From the NCBI GenBank assembly GCA_038141355.1, contig JAYQHX010000002.1:613073-677072 (forward strand): 64,000 bases of DNA, in the 5' to 3' direction. Position 1 is the stretch's first letter; every line of letters starts with the position of its first letter. This document shows positions 50,665 to 59,609 of the stretch, piece by piece. Position numbers and translations under genes: made by a program. Under the pieces are notes generated by a model that made no database searches, was not told where the DNA came from, and was given only the letters and a program-made list of their open reading frames with translations. The DNA is from Methanobacteriota archaeon (GTDB lineage: Archaea; Thermoplasmatota; Poseidoniia; Poseidoniales; Poseidoniaceae).

Positions 50665-51324
50665 CTAAACAACTGCAGCCCTAATTATGCCTCTCAAGGG
50701 GACACCATCTACTTCATTTCTCACGGTTTTGTTAACTAAAACCAAGCAAAGAACTACTTCAGCACCTGCTTCTCTCATCGATTGTATAGTTTTTGACATT
50801 GTTAAGCCGGAGGATAATACATCGTCAACAATTGCTATTCTTTTACCGGCTACCTGTCCATATTTATTTGACAAAGAGCCCTGTCCTGGCTCACCATCTA
50901 CATTTCTGTGAATTGCTACTTCGCATTCTAAATCCGATGCAAGAGCATTTGCAAACAATATACCGTTGATAGAGATTCCAACTACTGTGTCGATGGTTTC
51001 TCCACATTCTTCAAATGCTACATCAGCCATAATTGATCCTATTGCCGATATTCTTTGTGGTCTAACTCCGATAGTTCTCCAACCGATTCTGATGTCTGAA
51101 GGTTTTTCAGCAACTTCACTACCAGCTAATAGCCATGAAATTGTATCATGTGATAGTGATAATTCATCAGCAATTTGTTGAGAATTCAATCCCTTTTTCC
51201 TCAACCCAGATGCGAAACTTCTCAGTTCTTCGATACTCATTCCACTTTCCATGAGTTTACTCGTATCATCGATATGAAATGAATGCATCGTTTTTTTTGA
51301 TTGAATCTGTGTGGTAAACCTCAA
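50665..51324 (-). CDS. Orotate phosphoribosyltransferase-like protein with an N-terminal HTH (PyrE-like putative regulator)
   Basis: It has an HTH-like segment (GLNSQQIADELSLSHDTISWLL) and a PRPP loop (IAIVDDVLSSGLT). Confidence 0.7.
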   Translation of the reverse strand: MRFTTQIQSKKTMHSFHIDDTSKLMESGMSIEELRSFASGLRKKGLNSQQIADELSLSHDTISWLLAGSEVAEKPSDIRIGWRTIGVRPQRISAIGSIMADVAFEECGETIDTVVGISINGILFANALASDLECEVAIHRNVDGEPGQGSLSNKYGQVAGKRIAIVDDVLSSGLTMSKTIQSMREAGAEVVLCLVLVNKTVRNEVDGVPLRGIIRAAVV

Positions 51325-51350
51325 ATGTGGGCGTCACGGGGGTTGGATTG

Positions 51351-51761
51351 ATGTCAGACTTTGAGTACGAGTCTCTTTTGGATAGAGCGAGAGCAAATAT
51401 TCCTGAAGAAATTTCGAACAGAGCCAGGTGGACACTTCCTGAACCTCAAATTCTAATCGAGGGTTCAAACACTATTCTTCGTAATTTTACTGATATTGTT
51501 AACCACATGGAGAGGGATGAAAATCACGTGTATCAATTCATGCTAAATGAGTTGGGTACTGCAGGTTCAAGAGATGGGCCACGAGCCAGATTCAAAGGTC
51601 GAATTGTTCCAAAAAGAATCAAGAAGACTATTGTTAACTACGTTAACACTTACATTAAATGTGGCCAATGTAATGCTCCAGATACTAATTTCATCAAGCA
51701 AGAGAGAACCACTCTTCTCAAATGTCAGGCTTGTGGTGCAACTCGACCTGTCAAGTTGTGA
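51351..51761 (+). CDS. eif2b: Translation initiation factor aIF2 beta subunit. The ATG at 51351 is preferred over the GTG at 51327.
   Basis: It contains YESLLDRA, FMLNELGTAG and the C-terminal zinc ribbon CGQCNAPDT...CQACGA. Confidence 0.9.
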   Translation: MSDFEYESLLDRARANIPEEISNRARWTLPEPQILIEGSNTILRNFTDIVNHMERDENHVYQFMLNELGTAGSRDGPRARFKGRIVPKRIKKTIVNYVNTYIKCGQCNAPDTNFIKQERTTLLKCQACGATRPVKL

Positions 51762-52074
51762 TGTCAAGTAGACACTCATCAGGAATTATGCCATCTTTGA
51801 GGTAATTTGCTATTGATTCGATTGATGATTCATCTAATTTGAACCAAACACCTTCTGGATAGACGACACACGTAGGTCCATGTTCACAATAATCCAAACA
51901 TCCAGATTTTTGGACACGAACATTCTCTAATCCTATTTGTTTTGACTTCGATTTGAGTAATTTCAAAAGTTCCAAAGAACCCTTTTCAAAACAACAACCT
52001 CTCGCTGAATTATCCGGTCTTTCATGACCACAAACAAACACGTGTTTTGAATAACCTGGTTCGTTGTTGCCCAT
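51751..52074 (-). CDS. Thioredoxin-like [2Fe-2S] ferredoxin
   Basis: It contains HVFVCGHERPD...RGCC...SGCLDYCEHGPTCVVYPEGVWF. Confidence 0.7.
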   Translation of the reverse strand: MGNNEPGYSKHVFVCGHERPDNSARGCCFEKGSLELLKLLKSKSKQIGLENVRVQKSGCLDYCEHGPTCVVYPEGVWFKLDESSIESIANYLKDGIIPDECLLDITT

Positions 52075-52320
52075 TCAATACACCTTGTCAATAGCATCTG
52101 CTAATTTTAGGTCTCTATCCGTAATGCCGCCTACATCGTGACTCCATGTTTTTACCACTACTAGTCCCCAAGAAAGCACAAATTCAGCATGATGTTCTTG
52201 TTGTTCACATATTTCGCCTGCTGAGTTTAGAAATACTAGAGCTTCAGCAAAGTTCTCAAATTTGAATTCCCTAGTGAGATATTCATCATTTACATTTTCC
52301 CAAGACATAACTATCCCCAC
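52075..52320 (-). CDS. Pterin-4-alpha-carbinolamine dehydratase (PCD/DCoH); the start is possibly 52308
   Basis: 81 aa containing REFKFENFAEALVFLN...QEHHAEF...W...D..LA pattern. Confidence 0.8.
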   Translation of the reverse strand: MGIVMSWENVNDEYLTREFKFENFAEALVFLNSAGEICEQQEHHAEFVLSWGLVVVKTWSHDVGGITDRDLKLADAIDKVY

Positions 52321-52736
52321 AGGTGTGAATCATCAGATCCTTTACTCTCTTTCTCAACTTTTTCATGAAGGTTAGACCGGCGTTTATGGTCGTCTCTCTC
52401 GAACTCAAGTAATTCTTTGTCATCTATGTAAGCAGGCCTAGTGTGGGCTACAAGAATTACCTTAACAATTACATCTCTTGCTAAGTATACGTGTTGTCCT
52501 TCCTCCGTTAAAATCTCTATAGAAGACTTGCCTGAAGACAATAGCCTACCTCTAAGCCATGTGTCATCATCATCCCTTAATGCTCTAGCATCAACCTGAA
52601 TTTCAACAAAATCGTCCTTTCTTAATCCATGTCTTCTTTCGAGTAATTCGCCAGTATGCTTACTTTCTAATTCCTCGATATTAGGTGAACCTAGTTCTTC
52701 CCACATACTCTTTGCCCAGTCTGGAAGGTCTGACAT
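52311..52736 (-). CDS. Hypothetical acidic protein
   Basis: The composition looks coding and it is co-directional with its neighbours. I recognise no family. Confidence 0.45.
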   Translation of the reverse strand: MSDLPDWAKSMWEELGSPNIEELESKHTGELLERRHGLRKDDFVEIQVDARALRDDDDTWLRGRLLSSGKSSIEILTEEGQHVYLARDVIVKVILVAHTRPAYIDDKELLEFERDDHKRRSNLHEKVEKESKGSDDSHLWG

Positions 52737-52803
52737 GATGGGTGCTCGTCGGTCCTCCTTCTAAGGTCTGACGCTTTGAAAATCAACCTACGACTTCAAG
52801 AAT

Positions 52804-53937
52804 ATGATGCCTCCCCCTAATTGGGGCATGACCATGAAGGTGATATGGAGAGAGTTATCTACCGTATTAACCGAAGATGAAGTTTTGGACAAAGGTTTCA
52901 GTCGTGCGAAGAAATCTGCAGAAAAAGTAGATGACCCAGTTAAAGTTTTCAGAGTAAGAAAACAACTAACAAGAATGGTACAAACCGCATCTGATGTAAT
53001 GTCTCAGTATCTAGAAGATACCGAAAAATCATGGCCAAGTTTAGACCAAATGCCGACATTTGACAAAGCGATGGTCGATGCTTGCGTTGGGTGTGATGAT
53101 TACAGACATCACCTCTCAATGTTAGGCTGGGGCGCAAAACAAATGCGAAAAATCGCTAAACAGAATGTCGCAAAAATAACCAAAAGTGGAAGGTTAGAAA
53201 TCATGCACGATGCACGAAAAGAAGCATATGGCCGTCTTTCTAGCATAATGAATAGAGTTGGCTCATCACTAGATTGGCTTCATGAAAGCAGGCAGATTCT
53301 CCGTAAATTACCGGAGATAGATCAAGCAAATCCAACAATTGTCGTATGCGGCGCTCCCAATGTTGGGAAGAGCGCCTTTATTTCGTCACTTTCAAGCGGT
53401 AAAATGGAAGTGAATCATTATCCATTTACTACTAAGCAGCTCCACGTAGGGCATTTTGAACATCGCAGGTTACAACATCAAATGGTTGACACCCCAGGTT
53501 TACTTGACAGACCAATGGATAACCGTAATGCTATTGAGTTGCAAGCAATAGCAGCAATACAACATATTGGAAGTCTTTGTATATTTTTAATGGACATTAC
53601 AGAAGACTGTGGCACCTCATTAGAAGAGCAACACAATCTATTGGAAGAAGTAAAGAAATTATTACCTGAAATCGACATGATGGTCGTTGTTTCTAAAGCA
53701 GACTTAATGGAACCAAGACCGGAAAATTGGGATGAGGTCTCATCCGCAGAAAAAGAGTGGGATGGCGAAGGAGAGCCAGAAATACCCGTTTTACTTGATG
53801 AGGAAGGTTGTGTTACCATCTCCTCGGTTGAAGATGTCGGGGTCACATCATTACGTCTAGAAATAGTAAGAAGGTGTAAAGAAAATATGTCTACAGACCC
53901 TCTTCTCCTACCTGAAGGTTGGCATAGAAGGGACTAG
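52804..53937 (+). CDS. NOG1-like GTP-binding protein
   Basis: It has G1 GAPNVGKS, G2 FTT and G3 DTPG, an N-terminal helical domain and an acidic C-terminus. Confidence 0.8.
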   Translation: MMPPPNWGMTMKVIWRELSTVLTEDEVLDKGFSRAKKSAEKVDDPVKVFRVRKQLTRMVQTASDVMSQYLEDTEKSWPSLDQMPTFDKAMVDACVGCDDYRHHLSMLGWGAKQMRKIAKQNVAKITKSGRLEIMHDARKEAYGRLSSIMNRVGSSLDWLHESRQILRKLPEIDQANPTIVVCGAPNVGKSAFISSLSSGKMEVNHYPFTTKQLHVGHFEHRRLQHQMVDTPGLLDRPMDNRNAIELQAIAAIQHIGSLCIFLMDITEDCGTSLEEQHNLLEEVKKLLPEIDMMVVVSKADLMEPRPENWDEVSSAEKEWDGEGEPEIPVLLDEEGCVTISSVEDVGVTSLRLEIVRRCKENMSTDPLLLPEGWHRRD

Positions 53938-54206
53938 TTTATCGAAAATAATCTCAAAACGATTGGAATCACAAATGCGATGAAAAACACTCCAAACATT
54001 ATTCTCATCATTTTGTCATTTCTTTCCTGTTTTTCTAATTGTTCAATACATTCTTGACTATTGCATATTCTAGGGTCTGATTTGATATTGATGTCAATTC
54101 CACACATTCTGCAATGTTTGTGAGCTGGCAAATTGTGTGTGATCTTTGACTTTGTTTTGTTAATTTGTTTCCCAATCTTATCTTTGATTGCTTTTGCATC
54201 GACCAT
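53934..54206 (-). CDS. Small zinc-ribbon protein with a C-terminal TM helix
   Basis: It contains HKHCRMCG...CNSQEC and the hydrophobic tail FGVFFIAFVIPIVL. Confidence 0.5.
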   Translation of the reverse strand: MVDAKAIKDKIGKQINKTKSKITHNLPAHKHCRMCGIDINIKSDPRICNSQECIEQLEKQERNDKMMRIMFGVFFIAFVIPIVLRLFSIN

Positions 54207-54210
54207 AATA

Positions 54211-54939
54211 TCAACTCCTAATCAACGTTCCAGAAAAAGGTCTTCCTTCAATAGCGTCCTCAAGATTTGCTAAATCCCTACCGTCTACAACTGCTAATCT
54301 AATATTTGATGTCAGTGCCCACTTAGTGGCAATTGGGTCAACAGCCGCCGATTGACCTGGTTCAAGAGGTCCCTCTCCGGTTATTTTCAATAAACCTGAA
54401 TGTGTTAACTCATCTATTGGTTTTGCATCAGGATTTTGTTTAGGGTCGCTGTCATAAACGTGAGAAACATTAGTTGCGATGACACAGTATGCGGCACCAG
54501 AATCTCTAGCAAATGCTACTGCAACTGCATCAGTTGTGTGACCAGGAGTGGTTCCTCCCATTACTACGATGCTGTGCGAATCAAATAACTCAGCGGCCTC
54601 GTCTGTGGTGTGAGGGATAATAGGTGAGACATTGCAACCGATTTCCATTAACATTTGCTGAATGATTGTAGCATTAAGTCTTGTAGCAGCAATTCCGATA
54701 TTGTCTAATCTGTGTGGCGCAGAGATATTCACTTTGGCTAAGTTGATTGCTTCTCTTGCCGGAAGGCCGCCACCAACAACGATTCCCAATTTCCTATCAT
54801 TGCCTTCCATCAATACGGCCATTTGCCTCAACTGACCAAACCATTGGACTCTTTTTTCAGCCTCTTCAGGTCGAAGAAGAGAACCTCCTAGCGCAATGAT
54901 GTGAGTCGTCATCAACCACGCCAACAGTTCGCCATTCAT
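54211..54939 (-). CDS. pyrH: Uridylate (UMP) kinase, archaeal type; the start is possibly 54912
   Basis: Amino-acid kinase fold motifs IIALGGSLL, VVGGG and VVMGGTTPGHTTD. Confidence 0.85.
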   Translation of the reverse strand: MNGELLAWLMTTHIIALGGSLLRPEEAEKRVQWFGQLRQMAVLMEGNDRKLGIVVGGGLPAREAINLAKVNISAPHRLDNIGIAATRLNATIIQQMLMEIGCNVSPIIPHTTDEAAELFDSHSIVVMGGTTPGHTTDAVAVAFARDSGAAYCVIATNVSHVYDSDPKQNPDAKPIDELTHSGLLKITGEGPLEPGQSAAVDPIATKWALTSNIRLAVVDGRDLANLEDAIEGRPFSGTLIRS

Positions 54940-55003
54940 GATGCTTACTTATCAGAAGCCTTCAAAGTCCTCGCCTAAGCCCTACAGTACAGGGGGCGCT
55001 TGT

Positions 55004-56251
55004 GTGAGTGAGGAAGCAGAGCATGCCACCCGTCGCCTAAAACTAAAATTGGCTCTAGAAGACCTTAGAGAAATGAAAGGTTCTGGAACTGAATTAGTAA
55101 CGGTGATAATCCCACCGGATAGACAGGTTTCCGATGCTCGTCAGATGTTGCAAAACGAACACGGACAAGCAGCTAATATCAAATCCAAGTCAACTAAAAA
55201 GAACGTACAAGCAGCCATCGAATCTGCTATTTCTGCGCTTTCAAAATACCGAGATGCAGGTGAGAGAGGTATTGCGTTGTTCACCGGTGCAATAATTGTG
55301 GGGAATAACAAAACAAGGCACACTACAATTGTAATCGAAGACCCTCCGCAATCCTTGGTATCGTTTAGATATCGTTGTGATTCAAAGTTTGAACTAACAC
55401 AGTTGGAAGAAATGCTGATTGATAAGAAATCATATGGGCTTTTTGTTATTGATAGATCAGAAGCAGCATACGGGATTGCTAGTGGAAAAAGAATTCACGT
55501 TCAAGAGCATCTTGTCTCCAACATTATGGGTAAACACAGGCAAGGAGGTCAATCTGCACAAAGGTTCGAGAGATTGATTGAAGAGGCAGCACATAATTTC
55601 TTCAAGAGAGCAACAGAGCATGCATGTTCTTACTGGCTTCCTGAATTAGAAAACATACAGGCAATAATAATTGGAGGCCCAGGTGCTACCAAAGATTTCG
55701 TTGTAAAAAATGAATATTTCCATCATGAAATCGCAAAAATAATCGCTGGTACAACATTCGACGTAGGTTATTCAAACGAAAGTGGCGTCAGGGAATTAGT
55801 AGACAATGCTGGAGGTTTGATGGGAGAAATTGAACTCGACGCAGAAAGGCAATCAATGACCGAGTTCTTGGAGGAGTTAGTCAAAACTCATCCAAAGGCA
55901 ACGTACGGTGAAATGATGATTAGGCAAGCGCTTGACCAAGGCGCTGTTGCTAAATTATTGATCAGTGAAGGCCTGAAGAAGAATGTTGTAGAGATTTCAT
56001 GTGGCTCTTGTTCAAATGAATGGTCAGCAAGTGTTGGTAGGATGGAAGAACTACCCGCATGCCCGCAATGCAAAGCAGATGGAGATGATTTGAAAGAAAT
56101 ATCTTCAATCTCTTTAATTGATGAGTTATCCATAATGGCTGCAAAAGGCCGAGCAGAAGTTAAATTCATTTCAGTTGATTCTGAAGAAGGCGCCCAGTTA
56201 AAGTCAGGCTTTGGCGGTCTAGCGGCAGTATTGCGATATCCGATGATGTGA
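55004..56251 (+). CDS. prf1: Peptide chain release factor aRF1. The GTG at 55004 is preferred; the track ORF starts at 54938.
   Basis: It has the NIKS motif (AANIKSKS), the GGQ motif (HRQGGQSAQRF) and a C-terminal zinc-ribbon insertion. Confidence 0.92.
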   Translation: MSEEAEHATRRLKLKLALEDLREMKGSGTELVTVIIPPDRQVSDARQMLQNEHGQAANIKSKSTKKNVQAAIESAISALSKYRDAGERGIALFTGAIIVGNNKTRHTTIVIEDPPQSLVSFRYRCDSKFELTQLEEMLIDKKSYGLFVIDRSEAAYGIASGKRIHVQEHLVSNIMGKHRQGGQSAQRFERLIEEAAHNFFKRATEHACSYWLPELENIQAIIIGGPGATKDFVVKNEYFHHEIAKIIAGTTFDVGYSNESGVRELVDNAGGLMGEIELDAERQSMTEFLEELVKTHPKATYGEMMIRQALDQGAVAKLLISEGLKKNVVEISCGSCSNEWSASVGRMEELPACPQCKADGDDLKEISSISLIDELSIMAAKGRAEVKFISVDSEEGAQLKSGFGGLAAVLRYPMM

Positions 56252-56260
56252 GGTGAAAGT

Positions 56261-57967
56261 TTGAAATTTCTAAAAGAAATTGTCGAGCAATCACTCGAGT
56301 CAGCATTTGCTAACTTAGATTTGTCTGATGCTTGGAAGTCTGCTTTAGGCCCTAGTAGAGAGCGAGAACAAGCCGATATTACCCTACCTTGTTTTGTCCT
56401 TGCTAAAGAACTAGGAAGAAACCCAATGGAATTGGCTCAAGAACTTGCAGAACTAATCCAAGGGCAATTCGAAGTTAGTGCAGTGGGTGGTTATCTAAAT
56501 TTCAAGGCGGAACCTGAATGGTTAATTGAAAAGGTACTATCATCAGAAAATAAAGGTTCTAAGAATTCAATTTTGATTGAACATACGAGCGCTAATCCGA
56601 ACGGTCCTTTCCATGTGGGTAGGGCAAGAAATGCGATCTTAGGTGATGCTCTAGTAAGGTTGAATCGATTATACGGCAATCAAGTCAGAGCCGAGTATTA
56701 TGTTGACGATATGGGCAAACAGGTTGCAGTGCTTGCCTGGGCGCTGGAGAACTTGTCCGGGGATGAAGTAGAGAATATTCTGCAAGATAGAGAACCTGTT
56801 AATGAAAGATGGACTGGTAAATTAGACCATGAAATAGTTAGATGGTATCAAGCCGCACAAGTCCTAAGGGCTGATGGAAATGATGAAATTGAACAAGCAA
56901 TCGCTAAACTTGTCCATGAGTCTGAGACGGGTAATGATGCTATTTTACAGCAATTTGAGAAAGCTTACCAACCAGTCCTTGACGGAATGCTGGAAACTCT
57001 ATCTCGTTTGGGAATCCAATTTGATACGTTTACTAAAGAATCAAAATTCGTGGTAGATGGTTCGGTTTCTAAAATAATGGATGAGTTAAGTTCGCTTGAA
57101 ATAAACGGTATTGCAGATAATGGTGCACAATTTCTTGACCTAGGTCAAAGAGGACTAAAGGGGAAGACTGAATTCTTCTATAGAAGAGGAGATGGCTCTT
57201 CACTTTATGCAACTAGAGATATTGCTTATCACATTTGGAAATGGAGTCAGTGCGATCGACTGATTAATGTTCTAGGCGAAGACCACAAATTACAAGCGAA
57301 ACAAGTCGGTCTTACTCTCGCTGAATTAGGTCATGCCATACCAGATGTGTTGTTTTATGCATTCATCAAATTACCAGAAGGTAAAATGAGTACCAGAAAA
57401 GGAAACGTAGTATTTATGGATGATTTGCTAGAAGAAGCTAAGCACCATGCTGAAGAAGTAGTCAAAGGCCTTCGAGATGATTTGAGTGAGGAAAAAATCG
57501 CTCATATAGCAGAGGCGGTTGGAGTATCTGCGGTTCGTTTCAATATCACAAAAGTAAGTCCTGACAAGGGATTCACATTTAGATGGGAAGATGCGTTATC
57601 ATTTGATGGAGAGAGTGCTCCATTCGTAATGTATTCCCACACAAGAGCATGTTCAATTGCAAAAAGGGTAGGTGAAGAAGCAAATTTTGATTCAAGGGGC
57701 CAAATCTCTTCTTCAGTTTACGAACTTGCTAGAACAATTGCATTATTCGACGACCGCTTAGAAAATTCAGTACAAGAGAATAAGCCACACATTTTTACAA
57801 ATTATCTGCTAGAATTAGCGACATCCTACAATGCGTTTTACAGAGACTGCCACATCTTTTCAGATTATGGAATAAATGAGTTCTACTTCGCACTCAGCGA
57901 GAAAACAAGGATACTACTAAAATCCGGTATGGAAGGAATTGGTGTTATTCCTCTGGAAGAGATGTGA
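56261..57967 (+). CDS. argS: Arginyl-tRNA synthetase (TTG start after GAGGTGA)
   Basis: It has the HIGH region SANPNGPFHVGRARN, KMSTRKG and a C-terminal anticodon-binding domain. Confidence 0.93.
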   Translation: MKFLKEIVEQSLESAFANLDLSDAWKSALGPSREREQADITLPCFVLAKELGRNPMELAQELAELIQGQFEVSAVGGYLNFKAEPEWLIEKVLSSENKGSKNSILIEHTSANPNGPFHVGRARNAILGDALVRLNRLYGNQVRAEYYVDDMGKQVAVLAWALENLSGDEVENILQDREPVNERWTGKLDHEIVRWYQAAQVLRADGNDEIEQAIAKLVHESETGNDAILQQFEKAYQPVLDGMLETLSRLGIQFDTFTKESKFVVDGSVSKIMDELSSLEINGIADNGAQFLDLGQRGLKGKTEFFYRRGDGSSLYATRDIAYHIWKWSQCDRLINVLGEDHKLQAKQVGLTLAELGHAIPDVLFYAFIKLPEGKMSTRKGNVVFMDDLLEEAKHHAEEVVKGLRDDLSEEKIAHIAEAVGVSAVRFNITKVSPDKGFTFRWEDALSFDGESAPFVMYSHTRACSIAKRVGEEANFDSRGQISSSVYELARTIALFDDRLENSVQENKPHIFTNYLLELATSYNAFYRDCHIFSDYGINEFYFALSEKTRILLKSGMEGIGVIPLEEM

Positions 57968-58472
57968 AGGCATCCTCTGGGACTCTGCCTGCAGCCTCAA
58001 TTTCTGCACCAATTGAATTCAGTTCAGAAAACGCTTCATCAATAGATTCTGTCTGTTTTAGAAACCTAGTTGGGGGCCAGCCCAAGTCAATTTTTCCAGG
58101 CTCTACAGTGGACTCTTCTATCCATGCTTCGCAAGATACTCCAGAACATATTGCGGAAAGGGTTTCTAGGTCGACCCAAAATGTTCTCCTTTTGCAAACA
58201 GGACAATCTCTGCAATGCATTGAGGATAAAACAGTCATTGCCTCATCGCCCACTATGTCGATTTCCCAAATGACAATATCTGAACGTTTCAGTTTCATCA
58301 AATGGGATTTTTTGATGAATTGTCGTAAAACAGTCCAAGCAATCTCTTCCGAAGAGAACATTCCGAGACCAATGGTGCTTCCATCCTCTTCTGTGACTGA
58401 CGGAACGAAAACTCTCTGGTTGTCCGTCATATTACACCGGTTGGTGATTAAGTCCTTCAATCCCTCGTCCAA
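57945..58472 (-). CDS. Hypothetical protein with a Cys-rich putative zinc site
   Basis: It contains CRDCPVCK...CSGVSC. Its composition looks better than that of the Ser-rich antisense ORF 57964-58521. Confidence 0.5.
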   Translation of the reverse strand: MDEGLKDLITNRCNMTDNQRVFVPSVTEEDGSTIGLGMFSSEEIAWTVLRQFIKKSHLMKLKRSDIVIWEIDIVGDEAMTVLSSMHCRDCPVCKRRTFWVDLETLSAICSGVSCEAWIEESTVEPGKIDLGWPPTRFLKQTESIDEAFSELNSIGAEIEAAGRVPEDAFTSLPEE

Positions 58473-58840
58473 ATTAGTTCAACAAATGCTAATCCGCCTG
58501 GCATTGGTAAGGGTGCGTTAGGTTTCTCCACCCTGATTTCAATTTTAGCGATTAGATCATTTGATTTTAATTCATCAATAATACTTGAACACAATGTTTC
58601 CATCAAATTTACTGGCTCTGAGTTAACTGCTACTTTTGATATTGCATTTTGGAGGTCTGCATAATTCAGAGTTCTATTCAAATCATCATTAATCTCATCA
58701 TTTACGAGAGTAGCAGAAATTGAAAATATAAATGGCTGTGGCTCGGTTTTTTCAAAATCATAAGCACCATGACAGGCAATTACTTCGTACCTGTCAAGAC
58801 CGACAATGGTAGGCATTGAATCAAGCCTCTTCTCTTTCAT
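58457..58840 (-). CDS. folB: Dihydroneopterin aldolase (FolB-like); the start is possibly 58816
   Basis: About 120 aa with the pattern ...ACHGAYDFEKTEPQPFIFSISATL...DDLNRTLNYADL... Confidence 0.7.
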   Translation of the reverse strand: MKEKRLDSMPTIVGLDRYEVIACHGAYDFEKTEPQPFIFSISATLVNDEINDDLNRTLNYADLQNAISKVAVNSEPVNLMETLCSSIIDELKSNDLIAKIEIRVEKPNAPLPMPGGLAFVELIWTRD

Positions 58841-59111
58841 GGACCCAAATTAGATGATATCCAAATGTTGTTTTTATTGGTCCTGTGACGGTCTTTAGAG
58901 GAGTGGACCAAACTGCTTCTTCGAATTCTCGAACCATTTGCCCCTTCCTAAACCAACCAAGGTCACCACCCTTTTGTCCCGAAGGACAATCTGATTTTTT
59001 CCTTGCAATTTTTTGAAAATCTTTGTATTTTTTTATGTTATCAACTAATTGTGTAGCCTCGCCTTTACTCTTGACAAGGATATGGCTTGCATGGGCACTT
59101 GGATTGACCAT
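58821..59111 (-). CDS. Parvulin-type peptidyl-prolyl cis-trans isomerase
   Basis: It contains ASHILV...SDCPSGQKGGDLGWF..GQMVREFEEA...TTFGYHLIWV. Confidence 0.88.
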   Translation of the reverse strand: MVNPSAHASHILVKSKGEATQLVDNIKKYKDFQKIARKKSDCPSGQKGGDLGWFRKGQMVREFEEAVWSTPLKTVTGPIKTTFGYHLIWVHEREEA

Positions 59112-59120
59112 CTTGCTCCC

Positions 59121-59609
59121 TCAAGAGTTGCTGGTATATGCGAGGTATTTGACATAATTGCCGTAAATTGTGACTGAAATTCCTAGGCTTTCTTCGTTGA
59201 ATCTGTCCATTGTATCAAGGTATGTGTGATATTCCCAAGATCCACTACCATAACATACAGCGGCTCTACCATTGGTATTACTGTTCAAATTGTATACGAA
59301 TGGGCAATGGTCAGAATTACAAGGCATGCCATCAGAGTCGCCCTTTTTGCCGTCATAAAGGCCTAGATTGATTGTATATTTTGACGCCATTTCGGGATTC
59401 GCTTTCTTGTATTCTGCAGTTAGGTTTGATATGTGGTTGTAATCAACTGGGTGATTTGCAAATAATGTGACCGAATCTGCTCTGCTCTGGTCGATATCGA
59501 CGTGATTCATATCCAGATTCACATACAGTCTAAGGTTCTCAGATAATTCTGCATTCATCTCCTCAACATATGCATTTGAACCCCACAAGCCTTCTTCTTC
59601 GCCCCCCAT
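59121..59609 (-). CDS. M28 family aminopeptidase, C-terminal fragment (frame broken at a C6/G6 run)
   Basis: It begins GGEEEGLWGSNAYVEE, the conserved EE-GL-GS metal/catalytic motif of M28 enzymes. Confidence 0.8.
   Translation of the reverse strand: MGGEEEGLWGSNAYVEEMNAELSENLRLYVNLDMNHVDIDQSRADSVTLFANHPVDYNHISNLTAEYKKANPEMASKYTINLGLYDGKKGDSDGMPCNSDHCPFVYNLNSNTNGRAAVCYGSGSWEYHTYLDTMDRFNEESLGISVTIYGNYVKYLAYTSNS

Noticed and set aside
57964-58521. 185-aa plus-strand ORF downstream of argS
   Set aside because: It is very Ser-rich and antisense to a compositionally normal acidic ORF (57945-58472). I retained the minus-strand ORF, though neither has a recognised family.
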